Source: Chloroflexota bacterium | GTDB taxonomy: Bacteria > Chloroflexota > Dehalococcoidia > Lucifugimonadales > SAR202-VII-2 | Direction of reading: 5' to 3' | NCBI GenBank assembly: GCA_003228115.1 | Contig: QEVV01000004.1 | Span: 85,175 to 149,174, forward strand | DNA: 64,000 nucleotides | Shown: positions 1-8,828 of the stretch, piece after piece | Layout: the number at the start of each line of letters is the position of its first letter | How positions within the stretch are numbered: position 1 is the stretch's first letter | Made by a program: the position numbers and the translations under genes | Notes under the pieces: model-generated | The model's database searches: none | Seen by the model: the letters and a program-made list of their open reading frames with translations, nothing else | Told to the model about the DNA's origin: nothing

Positions 1-682
1 CGCTGCTGCGATGCGCAACCAATATCACGTCATGGCTCTCGACCACCGCGGACACGGGGACAGCCCCTGGACCGACCCCGAGGCCTACAAGCTCGCTGAT
101 TATGTGGCGGAATTAAAGGGCCTAATCGAGGCGCTCGACCTAAAGGGCCTGTTCCTCATGGGACACTCCGCAGGCAGCAAGAACGCCTGGATCTATATCG
201 CTGAGAACCCTGGCCGGGTCGCCCGTCTGGTCATCACAGACATGGACCCAGACTCCGTCAACCCCGGCTCCAAAGAAATGATCAGCCGCTACAAAGACGA
301 GTCCGACGAGTACGATAGCCTTGACGTCGTCGTAGAACGCCTGCGAGACCGGGCACGCCTCGCCTCAGACGACATCCTGCGGCATCACGCCGAACACATG
401 ACACGAGCCCTGCCAAACGGGAAGCTGGTCTGGAAGCGTGACCGCCACGTCGTCACCCACTACGACCGGCCGGACGCCTGGCACTACCTTCCCAAAGTGA
501 ACGTGCCCACCCTCATAGTCCGGGGCTCCATCAGCACACTGCTGACTGGCCCGGTCGCCCGGCGCATGAACGAAGAAATCCCTGACTGCCGCCTAGTAGA
601 ACTAGAGGGCGGCCACCACTGGGCCCACCACGAATTCCCAGACCAGTACGAGCAAGCTGTACGGGAGTTCTTGGACAACTGA
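1..682 (+). CDS. alpha/beta-fold hydrolase, N-terminus outside window
   Basis: Frame of ORF 11..682 is open back to base 2. HRGHGDS region and GHSAGS nucleophile elbow (G-x-S-x-G). Confidence 0.8.
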   Translation, partial: AAAMRNQYHVMALDHRGHGDSPWTDPEAYKLADYVAELKGLIEALDLKGLFLMGHSAGSKNAWIYIAENPGRVARLVITDMDPDSVNPGSKEMISRYKDESDEYDSLDVVVERLRDRARLASDDILRHHAEHMTRALPNGKLVWKRDRHVVTHYDRPDAWHYLPKVNVPTLIVRGSISTLLTGPVARRMNEEIPDCRLVELEGGHHWAHHEFPDQYEQAVREFLDN

Positions 683-685
683 GTT

Positions 686-722
686 CCCTCACCCTGTGGC
701 AGAGGGCTAGGGAGAGGGGGAA
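686..722. repeat. G/A-rich CCCTC...GAGGG type intergenic element
   Basis: CCCTCACCCTGTGGCAGAGGGCTAGGGAGAGGGGGAA, directly after the hydrolase stop. Confidence 0.5.
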
Positions 723-776
723 AGGCCTGACCAACTCAAGCCACGGTAAAAGCAACCATCCCATCTCTCCTGGATC

Positions 777-886
777 GAGGTGCCGGGGCGGAGCCCCGCC
801 GGGGTGACAGGGGTGTCCCCTGTAGCAAAAACATTAGTGGGCGGGCTGGGTGGGACAGCGGCGCTAGCCAGTGCAAGCCAGCCGCC
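777..886 (+). repeat. family-A structured intergenic repeat, single copy
   Basis: GAGGTGCCGGGGCGGAGCCCCGCCGGGGTGACAGGGGTGTCCCCTGTAGCAAAAACATTAGTGGGCGGGCTGGGTGGGACAGCGGCGCTAGCCAGTGCAAGCCAGCCGCC. Confidence 0.85.
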
Positions 887-942
887 TGCTCCAACGCTCC
901 AATCGTGCACAACGCCGAACACCAACCACAGAGGAGGCCAGC

Positions 943-1578
943 ATGCCAAAGACCCTTGTTGACGAGACCCTGCCCATAAACACCGGCAAGGCCTACGAAC
1001 TCAAACAAGGCCAGCTTCTACGCGTCTACGGCCAGACCACCGCCGACTTCGTCGCCTTCAACCTCCACGACCTCAAAGAGCGATTCGACCAGGCCAGGAC
1101 CAAGAGCAACCAGTCCAAGATATTCATCTCCACCGGCGACGTCCTCTACTCCCAGCGCAACAACGTCCTGCTCACCGTCACCGACGACCAGTTCCCCGGC
1201 CACCACGACATGCAAAAGGGTATGTGTAGCCGGAAACGCATTGAGATGGTCTTCATGGGCAAGTCACGACGCGACAAGTGGGGAGGAGGCCAACAGGTGG
1301 AGCAGCGTTGGGAGGACCTTCCCAGCCACGGCTGCTGGGAGAACCTATCGCGAGCCACAGAGGCCTGGGGCATAGACCCCGACGACCTGCCAGGCCCATT
1401 CAACCTCTTCCAAAACACCCGCATCGATGGCGACACAGGCATCATGTACTGGGACCTCGTCGACTTGGACGGGGACGTTTACGTGGAGATGCGGGCGGAG
1501 ACGGACTGCCTGGTAGCTGTGAGCAACTGTCCCGGCGGCCGCGGCCCGCTGACCCGCATCGTCGTCAGCGAGCCTTAG
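943..1578 (+). CDS. DUF1989 / urea-carboxylase-associated family protein
   Basis: ORF 871..1578. Start moved to ATG 943, which follows GAGGAGG (931-937); the upstream codons lie in or just after a repeat element. Family call from the FNLHD..ER...GDVLYS...HHD..C pattern. Confidence 0.65.
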   Translation: MPKTLVDETLPINTGKAYELKQGQLLRVYGQTTADFVAFNLHDLKERFDQARTKSNQSKIFISTGDVLYSQRNNVLLTVTDDQFPGHHDMQKGMCSRKRIEMVFMGKSRRDKWGGGQQVEQRWEDLPSHGCWENLSRATEAWGIDPDDLPGPFNLFQNTRIDGDTGIMYWDLVDLDGDVYVEMRAETDCLVAVSNCPGGRGPLTRIVVSEP

Positions 1579-1599
1579 GCCCATGCGAGAGCTTGTGGT

Positions 1600-2049
1600 T
1601 CAGGAGACTCGCTGTCCCTCAACCACACCGTTCAGAGTCCAGAACGAACCCTCTGCCGGAACCCCGGTGATGCTCCCATAATTGACCACCAGCGACGACC
1701 CATCGCCCTGCAGGTAGTGGTCCCAGGAATCGGCCGTCGTGCCCCCGACCCTAAGTACCACAGCCGGGCCCTCGCCCGATTGGTGGAACCGGTACAGGGT
1801 GCCTGCCGGCATAATCATGCCTTCGCCCCGGCTCACAACAGTGGCTTCATCGCCCTCGTTGTAGAACGTGGCCTCGCCATCGAGCACCAGGTAGGTCTGG
1901 TCCTCGTACGTGTGGCTGTGCAACATCACCTCGCCACCCTCAACCAAGAACTTCAACGACAGTCTTGTCCTATCAGTGCCGGGTAGTTCTTCGTTGCTCC
2001 TGCCCTCACTTAGCAACTGCGTCTTCAACTCAAACTTTTGGGGTTCCAT
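1600..2049 (-). CDS. cupin domain protein
   Basis: ORF 1600..2076. ATG 2049 follows GGAGGAG. Cupin-like LHSHTYEDQTYLVLDGEATF and PAGTLYRFH motifs. Confidence 0.7.
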   Translation of the reverse strand: MEPQKFELKTQLLSEGRSNEELPGTDRTRLSLKFLVEGGEVMLHSHTYEDQTYLVLDGEATFYNEGDEATVVSRGEGMIMPAGTLYRFHQSGEGPAVVLRVGGTTADSWDHYLQGDGSSLVVNYGSITGVPAEGSFWTLNGVVEGQRVS

Positions 2050-2210
2050 TGGACTCCTCCATCCTCGTCTTGTCATCTCAACGCCAGTTACGCAAATTTA
2101 ACCCCGAGGGTGCCCCAGAGCAATACCCAACGCAGGGGTCAGTAACTAGATTGCCGCATTTACCTAGTTTCTATGCCAAAGCGGCACTCGAACCAACTTA
2201 CGCGAGCGAG

Positions 2211-2250
2211 GGGGCCTATGGCAACACAACGTTGTGTTGCCATAGGCCCC
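2211..2250 (-). terminator. perfect 40-bp palindrome downstream of the OsmC-like gene (hairpin, no clear U-tract)
   Basis: GGGGCCTATGGCAACACAAC|GTTGTGTTGCCATAGGCCCC. Confidence 0.4.
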
Positions 2251-2310
2251 TCGTGTCTACTGTTAGGCTGATTTGACCCAGCCCCTCTGAAGTCCCACCC
2301 GTGCAGCCTG

Positions 2311-2883
2311 TTATTCCTGGATGGTCAGTTGGGAGGAGAAATCGACGGCCCTCAGAGAGTGCCGAGTGGGGGAAAGGTCTTCTGCCATCTTGGCGACCTG
2401 CTCCAATTGCTCTCGGGGCGCGCTGCTTTTGACGTAATAACTGGCCCGGATTTCTTGAAACCCTGGGGGTACAGCACCGAGAACCGGTAGGGCCAGCATA
2501 CCCTGGAGATCGATATCGCCTTCAACCTCTATCCTCAATCCCTCAATGGAGACACCCATGGTCGCCCCGTAGGTCGCCCAGCCTGAAGCCAAGCAGTGAC
2601 CCAGGGCAGCCAGTAGCACTTCCACCGAGGACGGGCCTTTGTCCGTTCCCAGAAGCTCCTGGGGATGGTCACCTACTATAGTGAAGGCTTTCTGGCGGGA
2701 AGTATCGTTCCTAGCACCGCCCATGGAAAACGGCTTGACTACGGCCTCGTTATGGAAGCCGCCTCTCCATATGGTAGTCGCTGAGAAAACAGCTTTGGCG
2801 ACCTCGGGCTGCGCCGTCACCATCTCCACCATGCCTTGAATCCCCTCCACACTCAGCCCATTGACGCTCGTTGTCGTTGTCAT
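2311..2883 (-). CDS. OsmC/Ohr family peroxiredoxin-like protein
   Basis: 190-aa ORF with GGAGG before the ATG. OsmC-like core LLAALGHCLASG and C-terminal beta region. Confidence 0.75.
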   Translation of the reverse strand: MTTTTSVNGLSVEGIQGMVEMVTAQPEVAKAVFSATTIWRGGFHNEAVVKPFSMGGARNDTSRQKAFTIVGDHPQELLGTDKGPSSVEVLLAALGHCLASGWATYGATMGVSIEGLRIEVEGDIDLQGMLALPVLGAVPPGFQEIRASYYVKSSAPREQLEQVAKMAEDLSPTRHSLRAVDFSSQLTIQE

Positions 2884-3061
2884 TGCGAGACCTCCCTGTA
2901 AAGACTGTCCCCATTGTCCAGGGAATACAGGCTCGCTTCATCTGACAAACGTCGGATTTTAGTGGGCCGAATCTTTCTAAAAGAAAGTAGGCGACACGGC
3001 GCTGGGTGGAATTTGGGAGGACACAGGTCTAGACGCTAGCGCCTCCTTAAGGGACGCTCGC

Positions 3062-4666
3062 TTAGGCCAGAAGGCCGTGTTCCACAGCGAAGAGTGTTGC
3101 GGTGGCCCGGCTGGAAACGCCGATCTTGCTGTAGACATGCTCCAAGTGTGACCGGACAGTTCCTTCGGCTATAAAGAGGGCATTTGCAACCTGCCGACGA
3201 TTGAGACCCTTGGCTATCAGACGGAGCACCTCCACCTCGCGATCGGTGAGCCCGGCTGGCCACTCTTGCTGGCGAGTCCTCTGTCTGTGGGAACGGTCCA
3301 CGCCACTCAGTTCGTCCGTAAGAGCCTGGAAAACATCCGTAGAGAACCTTGCCCCTACTTCTTGGCGCATTACTTCGACCGCCTGATCGATCTCGCGGGC
3401 AGGACTGCCAGGTGAGTCGTGCGTAAGCTCGTCGAATCGATCAGCTAAAGCTATTATCCGTGCGCCCACCGGTATCTGGGAGCCCTGAACCCCACGATAA
3501 TAACCGCTACCGTCCATTCGTTCATGGTGTGCCGCCACCAGGGGAATAATCGCCACTAGGGCTGGTACTTTGGACAGAATTCGCTCCGAATGGTACGGGT
3601 GGAGCCGCACTTGCTCCCGCTCGGCCTCCGTGAGGGTTTCCGGGAACTTGTTCAGCACGAAGGAGGGTACTGCCACAATCCCAATATCATGCACCAAGGC
3701 AGCTTGGTAGATGGTGGTTACCTGCGATTCGTTAAGCCCCATCCTCCGAGCGATGCGGTCAGCCAGATCGGCTATTCGGCGCGAACGACCGGCCAGAAAC
3801 GGCGATTTCAGGTCGGCGTAGTCGGCCAAGGCCAGCGTCACATCAGTCAGCTTCTCCTCCCCCATGTACTGATAGGGAGACTGCTCTGGCTCCATGGAAA
3901 GGACGCTGTCCCAGACCCTTTCCTCTTCCAGTCCTCGCCAGAAGCTTTCCTTCCGCGCCACGGAGAGGAAGGCATCAACCACCGACGGATCAAAGGCTTT
4001 GTTGCGTCTGGCCTGTGCCACATGCATTGCGGCATCACGGCCCTCCACTCGATGGAAGACCTCCAGAAAGCTCGTCACCAATACGATACGAGAGATGACA
4101 GGGATGGCGCCTTTCTTATTGCCGTATGGCATCCCGTGGCCATCCCACTGCTCAAAGACCTGCATCAACGCATCCTGGACTGACTGTGGCATTCCCAGCC
4201 GCTGGGCAATGCGTGAAGCCACAAGGCAGGTGTTTTCAAAACCCTCCTTCATAAACGCCCGGCCCTTTACCAGGAAGTCCAGAATATGGTTTGCACGGGT
4301 TGGCAAGGATGCTCCAGCCGCCACGTACTTCATCAGCCATGAAGCAATATCCAAGGGGTTCCGAGCATTGCGAAAGAACTGAAGGTCCCGCTTGGCAACA
4401 AGCTCGTCGACAAGCCAAGAACTGGCTAACTGACTGGTGTACGTAGTGCAGCCGGCGTCCTTTAACAGCTCAGCGTAGAACAGGTCGGTGCGCTGGTCTA
4501 AAGGAAGCTCCATCTCCTGAGCAATGTGCATGCCAATATAGCAAGAGCGCGCCCCGTGCTCCGTGTGCATCCCCAACGCGAGGTCGCTCGCCAGCGAGAA
4601 GGCCCCCAACAGGTCAGCAGTACGAAGGGCGTTCCCTTCTCGGCTCGCCGATGGTAGCTCTGCCAT
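3062..4666 (-). CDS. HD / HD-GYP domain protein fused to a LuxR-type HTH
   Basis: AAGGAG lies 7 nt before the ATG. N-terminal HD-like region, HD-GYP signature HHERMDGSGYYRG, and C-terminal LTDREVEVLRLIAKGL..TVRSHLEHVYSKIGV (LuxR/GerE HTH). Confidence 0.75.
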   Translation of the reverse strand: MAELPSASREGNALRTADLLGAFSLASDLALGMHTEHGARSCYIGMHIAQEMELPLDQRTDLFYAELLKDAGCTTYTSQLASSWLVDELVAKRDLQFFRNARNPLDIASWLMKYVAAGASLPTRANHILDFLVKGRAFMKEGFENTCLVASRIAQRLGMPQSVQDALMQVFEQWDGHGMPYGNKKGAIPVISRIVLVTSFLEVFHRVEGRDAAMHVAQARRNKAFDPSVVDAFLSVARKESFWRGLEEERVWDSVLSMEPEQSPYQYMGEEKLTDVTLALADYADLKSPFLAGRSRRIADLADRIARRMGLNESQVTTIYQAALVHDIGIVAVPSFVLNKFPETLTEAEREQVRLHPYHSERILSKVPALVAIIPLVAAHHERMDGSGYYRGVQGSQIPVGARIIALADRFDELTHDSPGSPAREIDQAVEVMRQEVGARFSTDVFQALTDELSGVDRSHRQRTRQQEWPAGLTDREVEVLRLIAKGLNRRQVANALFIAEGTVRSHLEHVYSKIGVSSRATATLFAVEHGLLA

Positions 4667-4731
4667 TAGCCCACTCCTTGCTCAAGGTAGTGTGCGCCCG
4701 CTCATGATTGCCGCCATCTCCCTCTTCCATA

Positions 4732-4767
4732 GCAACAAACATGTAAGCGGCAACAAACATGTAGGCG
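4732..4767. promoter_or_regulatory. tandem 18-mer, candidate operator upstream of the HD-GYP/LuxR gene
   Basis: GCAACAAACATGTAAGCG GCAACAAACATGTAGGCG (one mismatch). Each unit holds the ACATGT palindrome. 66-101 nt upstream of the start codon at 4666. Confidence 0.4.
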
Positions 4768-5045
4768 CTCGAGAGTCTTAGCGGCCGGAGGCCGAGCTGC
4801 CCGTTGGCATCCCCGGAATCCATTCGACCTTGGGGGTCAACGGGGCTCGCAGGTGTCCTATGAAACTCCGGCACGTTGCTTGAGCCACCGCCCCCGGCGC
4901 AGAGACGGAGCCTTCTTGCTCCTTGAGCATATGCGCAGGGAGGCGCAGGGAAGGGCCAGGCTAGAACCGTACGAGGGCAGTGTAGATGGGAAAGCGTCGT
5001 AGACCAAACCGACGGCGTGCCCCTCAAGGGGAACCCGGTGAGCCC

Positions 5046-5798
5046 CTATCTCTTCCCCGCTGCCTCCGGCTGAGCCAACAGCCGCCCAAAGCCCGGCACC
5101 GGCCGCTGAATACCCAGCTGGTTCATAGCCCACCAAGAGATCGCTTGGAACTGGGTGACCACTGGCTTTCCGGTCGCCTGCTCAATGCGGTCGATGTTGC
5201 GCACAACCGGCCATTGCGGGCAGGAAAAGAAAATGCCGTCCGTGTCGGGATGCTCATTGAACGCTTCCATCGCCATCTCGAAAGGCTGGTCGAACGTTCC
5301 CTCGCTGAGCTGCTGAGCCAACGACAGGTGCAGGCCCTTCGAGGCTACGACCTCGAACCCGGCTGTCTCAAAGGCGCCGATCGCCCTTCGCAATATGGCG
5401 TCTTGGTAGTTGCTGATAATGGTGATCCGCTGCATGCCAAGCTCTCGAAGCGCAGCCATGACCGCAGCGATGTCCGTCGTCACGGGAACCGCGCCGCCAG
5501 CGTATCGGCTCATGTCCTCGGCAAGCTGAAGGTAGTACTCCGGCCCTTGAGAGGTAATCACAGGGATGCCGCCAAAAGCGATGGCGCTAGCCTTGCGCTC
5601 CACCAACTCCTTGACGCATGTCTCCACCATTGCCAGCGCCTTCTTGTACTCTTCGGCGCTGTGGTCAGCCATGCCTAGCACGGAGAGACACCAGCTCACG
5701 CCCTCCGGCACGACCTGCATCGCCTCATACATTGCGGTCTCATTAGTCCGCGGCGGTGAGATCAGCCCAATGGTGCCCAGTGGCCCGTAGATGCCCAT
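5046..5798 (-). CDS. Asp/Glu/hydantoin racemase superfamily protein (maleate isomerase / arylmalonate decarboxylase-like)
   Basis: 250-aa ORF with GGGAGG before the ATG. N-terminal G.IGLISP pattern; paralog of 38994..39710. Confidence 0.65.
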   Translation of the reverse strand: MGIYGPLGTIGLISPPRTNETAMYEAMQVVPEGVSWCLSVLGMADHSAEEYKKALAMVETCVKELVERKASAIAFGGIPVITSQGPEYYLQLAEDMSRYAGGAVPVTTDIAAVMAALRELGMQRITIISNYQDAILRRAIGAFETAGFEVVASKGLHLSLAQQLSEGTFDQPFEMAMEAFNEHPDTDGIFFSCPQWPVVRNIDRIEQATGKPVVTQFQAISWWAMNQLGIQRPVPGFGRLLAQPEAAGKR

Positions 5799-5943
5799 GA
5801 GTAACCTCCCGCCCTAGTCTTCAACAGCGCTACCGAGAGCCTTTGGCGGAGGTTATTCGGTATACTGCTGAACTGCAACCCTCCACCGCAATTGTTTCCA
5901 AGGCTCGATACTCACAGGGCGCGCGGACGCCGCAGGAGGCGAA

Positions 5944-7269
5944 GTGACCGACTCAGTGCAGCCCAGCCGTAGCCGCGACGTAGCCGATATCATCGAGGGC
6001 GACCGCGATGAACTGGTCGCTCTGGCTCTGGATTTGGCTGGCATCCACAGCCCGGCTGGCCACGAGCGCCCGGCAGCAGAGTTCGTCGCCAACTGGCTCA
6101 ACCAGGCAGGCATCCAGTCCCGGGTCCAGCCCCTCACAGCGGACAGCGCCAACGCTATCGGCCTAATTCGTGGCAACGACAGCGGCAGGAGTCTCATCTT
6201 CGACGCCCACCTCGACAACGAGCCTCCCGCTGGGGGCGCACCCGCCACAGAGATGGAGCAACGCCTAGAGCGAGGTTTCGTTGAAGACGGCCTCCTCGTC
6301 GGGCCCACAATCATCAACTGCAAGGGCCAGGTAGCCGCCTTCCTCATCGCCGCCCGCGCCATCCACAAATCTGGAATTCAGCTTGGTGGCGACCTGACCG
6401 TCGCCGCCGTGGCCTCCGAAACAGGCCAGCCGTCGGTCGGCAACCACCAGGGCATCGACTATCCCGGCGAAGGCTTCGGCACTCGGTGGATGATCGACCG
6501 CGGCGTCATTGCCGACTACGCCCTCATCGGCGAAACGTCAGGCTTCGGTATTGTTGCCGCCGAATGTGGCGTGGCCCAAATTCAGGTCAGCGTTCCTGGG
6601 CGCGTGGTCTACACACCCCGCCTCACGCGGCCCGCCGACTGGCAGTCCCACCCCAACCCTTTCGTGAAGGCCAGCCATATCGTTCAGGCCCTTGAGGTAT
6701 GGGCAGAGGGCTACGAACACCAAGCCACCGTCGAGTTTTATGGCGGTACGATTGTCCCCAAAGCCCAAGTGGTCGGCATCGACGGCGGCCCTAACGGATC
6801 CCATTTTGGCAGCCCTGAATGCGTCATCTATCTCGATGTCCGGCTGGCCCCAGGCGCTGACCCGAAAGCGGTGCGCCGGGAGGTGTCCGACGCGGTGAAG
6901 GCGCTGGGCGTGTCCGCCGAGGTGTCGCTTTATCAGTGGTCGAGAGGCTTTATAGCCCAAAACGTAGAGCCCCTTATCGAAGCCATCGAAACAGCCCACC
7001 ACTCCCTGCACGGTGAAGCCCCACCTCCGCCGCCGGCAGCCGAGATGAGCATGTGGCGGGACATCAACCCCTTCAACGAGGTGGGCATACCGGCGGTGTG
7101 CTACGGACCTCCCCGCCTCCAGGACCCCTACTCGAAAGTCGGCAACCGCGCCATGAAAATCGATGACCTCGTCGCAGCAACCAAGGTCTACGCGATGACG
7201 GCATTACAGATCTGCGGCGTCAGCAACCAAACGGATCGTCCTCCCTCCTTAGGAGAGGGAGGGAGTTAA
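5944..7269 (+). CDS. M20 family metallopeptidase (ArgE/DapE/ACY1/CPG2-like)
   Basis: GTG start 4 nt after AGGAGG. 441 aa with M20-like metal-binding regions (FDAHLD, GETSG). The last ~10 codons run into a GGGAGGG-type repeat. Confidence 0.75.
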   Translation: MTDSVQPSRSRDVADIIEGDRDELVALALDLAGIHSPAGHERPAAEFVANWLNQAGIQSRVQPLTADSANAIGLIRGNDSGRSLIFDAHLDNEPPAGGAPATEMEQRLERGFVEDGLLVGPTIINCKGQVAAFLIAARAIHKSGIQLGGDLTVAAVASETGQPSVGNHQGIDYPGEGFGTRWMIDRGVIADYALIGETSGFGIVAAECGVAQIQVSVPGRVVYTPRLTRPADWQSHPNPFVKASHIVQALEVWAEGYEHQATVEFYGGTIVPKAQVVGIDGGPNGSHFGSPECVIYLDVRLAPGADPKAVRREVSDAVKALGVSAEVSLYQWSRGFIAQNVEPLIEAIETAHHSLHGEAPPPPPAAEMSMWRDINPFNEVGIPAVCYGPPRLQDPYSKVGNRAMKIDDLVAATKVYAMTALQICGVSNQTDRPPSLGEGGS

Positions 7270-7401
7270 AGGGAGGGGGAAACATCAGCAAATGCCGCCT
7301 CCGAATAATCAGACCGTTTCACCTCTCTCACAGGGAGAGGGCATTCTGTGTCCTCCCTCCCTTGATGGGAGGGAGCTAGAGGGAGGGTGACCCTCCCTTT
7401 T
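7241..7401. repeat. cluster of four CTCCCTCC/GGAGGGAG-type hairpins
   Basis: Stems are 7241-48/7258-65, 7322-27/7335-40, 7353-61/7367-75 and 7381-87/7391-97. The last is followed by TTTT. The first overlaps the M20 peptidase 3' end. Confidence 0.7.
7381..7401 (+). terminator. short GC hairpin plus T-run downstream of the M20 peptidase gene
   Basis: GGGAGGG TGA CCCTCCC TTTT. Confidence 0.45.
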
Positions 7402-7448
7402 AACGCAGGCCTCAACCGAACGCATCCAAACTCCAAGAGAACACCCTC

Positions 7449-7910
7449 ATGACTGAAAACAACCTCAACCTAGAAACCCTGAAAAAGGCCGCAGTTATCC
7501 TCGGCCTTTTTGGCGTGGGGCTATGGCTCAGCATCCAAATAGGCTGGATAGGGTGGATGATTTCTCTGGGAGCCCTAATCCTCTTCGGCTTCTGGGCCTC
7601 CGTCGCTCTTGGCGGGCTCGTGACCGGCATCTTCTTCGGCGGCTTGACCATCTGGGGTGCAGTCTTCGGCCTCGGCAATGAAGGCGGCGGCGAGAGCGCC
7701 GGATGGGTGCTCCTCGTCGGCCTTGGCAGCCTGGCCGTCCTCGCCGGAGTCGGCCTGTGGAGCAAGAGCCGCATCCCTGGGGCCGCCGTCATGGCCGGCG
7801 GCCTCGCCAGCATAGGCGTCGGCTTCCCGCCAGTCCTGCCCCTACTCGCTGGCCTAGCCGTGACCTGGCTCGGCGTCTCCATCGTCCGCAGGTTCGCCGA
7901 ACAGGAATAG
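7449..7910 (+). CDS. hypothetical integral membrane protein
   Basis: 153-aa ORF, 4-5 Gly/Leu-rich hydrophobic segments. No recognisable family. Confidence 0.5.
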   Translation: MTENNLNLETLKKAAVILGLFGVGLWLSIQIGWIGWMISLGALILFGFWASVALGGLVTGIFFGGLTIWGAVFGLGNEGGGESAGWVLLVGLGSLAVLAGVGLWSKSRIPGAAVMAGGLASIGVGFPPVLPLLAGLAVTWLGVSIVRRFAEQE

Positions 7911-7999
7911 CCTGCAATCAGCTATCCCTCTCCCCCGCTCTGCGCCAAATTCAGCAATGTGCTGTAGGAATGCCAAGTCCCGATAGGCCACTTCAAATT

Positions 8000-8084
8000 G
8001 GGGTGCAGGAGCAAAGCCCCGCCGGGGGCGTGGGGGAGTCCCCCACAAACAAAACATTTGAGGGCGGGACCACAGCGTCCGCTA
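8000..8084 (+). repeat. family-A repeat, variant with GTGGGGG/CCCCCAC hairpin and shortened 3' part
   Basis: GGGGTGCAGGAGCAAAGCCCCGCCGGGGGCGTGGGGGAGTCCCCCACAAAC... Confidence 0.8.
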
Positions 8085-8161
8085 CACCCAACCCTCGGGC
8101 CGAAGCCAAGGCCCCAACCTTGCATCCCTCCAAATGTGCCACCAGTCCCATGTCCCCTCAC

Positions 8162-8208
8162 AAGCAAAAAAGAGGAAGGCCCTTCACAGACGTGAAGGGC
8201 CTTCCTCT
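8162..8208 (-). terminator. rho-independent terminator of the EthD-like gene
   Basis: 17-bp stem AGAGGAAGGCCCTTCAC/GTGAAGGGCCTTCCTCT, followed on the minus strand by TTTTTT. Confidence 0.8.
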
Positions 8209-8234
8209 CTCTATGCATTGAGCGACTGACCGCC

Positions 8235-8504
8235 TTACGGCATCACCTCATTGACCTGGATGATTGGCTGGAGGTCGGTGTAGTTGGGAATGTCCTCCAT
8301 GGTGTTGAACGTCAGCAGCCCAATGACGAGGTACGGCGGCTCAGACCCCGGCTCCCCTCCGCCGATGCCCTTGAGGTTCCTCAGCTCCACCAGCCCCGCA
8401 GGCTCCAACGTCCTCCGCACCAGATCCACATGCGGTCCGTTGTAGTAATCGAAATCGAACCTGGCGCCGGGCGTGTTGGCATACATAACGCTGACCTGAA
8501 TCAT
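8235..8504 (-). CDS. EthD family protein
   Basis: 89-aa ORF with GGGGAGG before the ATG. The N-terminal V.V.Y....FD.DYY...H pattern is typical of EthD/TIGR02118-like proteins. Canonical terminator downstream. Confidence 0.6.
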   Translation of the reverse strand: MIQVSVMYANTPGARFDFDYYNGPHVDLVRRTLEPAGLVELRNLKGIGGGEPGSEPPYLVIGLLTFNTMEDIPNYTDLQPIIQVNEVMP

Positions 8505-8828
8505 AATTTCCTCCCCTTGGCTTGGTCAGCCGATGCTACTAGTGGGGAGGGGCGAGGTCAAATGAACGGAAGAATCAGCCCACCAAGCCTTAAAACAAAC
8601 TTCCCCATAACTAGAGCCATTTCCTACTCCTCGTTTGTTATGTCTGCCAAATCCAGGCTGGAGATGCTCCAACTGACGCCCTGGGCACTCGTTCCGAGAC
8701 TGGCAGGCTTCCGTAGCGCGCTGCCAGGATTAGTGGGAGACGCAAGCACAACGCCGACCTACCTAGGTACTGATATTATTCCATGATCGGAAGGGTTCCA
8801 GACCAGGCGCTAACCAGCGGGAGGCATT

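Noticed and set aside
8562-8786. 74-codon ORF upstream of the HEPN-motif gene, as a possible antitoxin or partner.
   Set aside because: Composition is Ser/Pro/Thr/Leu-rich without nucleotidyltransferase (MNT) or other motifs, and the longer track ORF it belongs to starts antisense inside the EthD gene. There is not enough support to call it.
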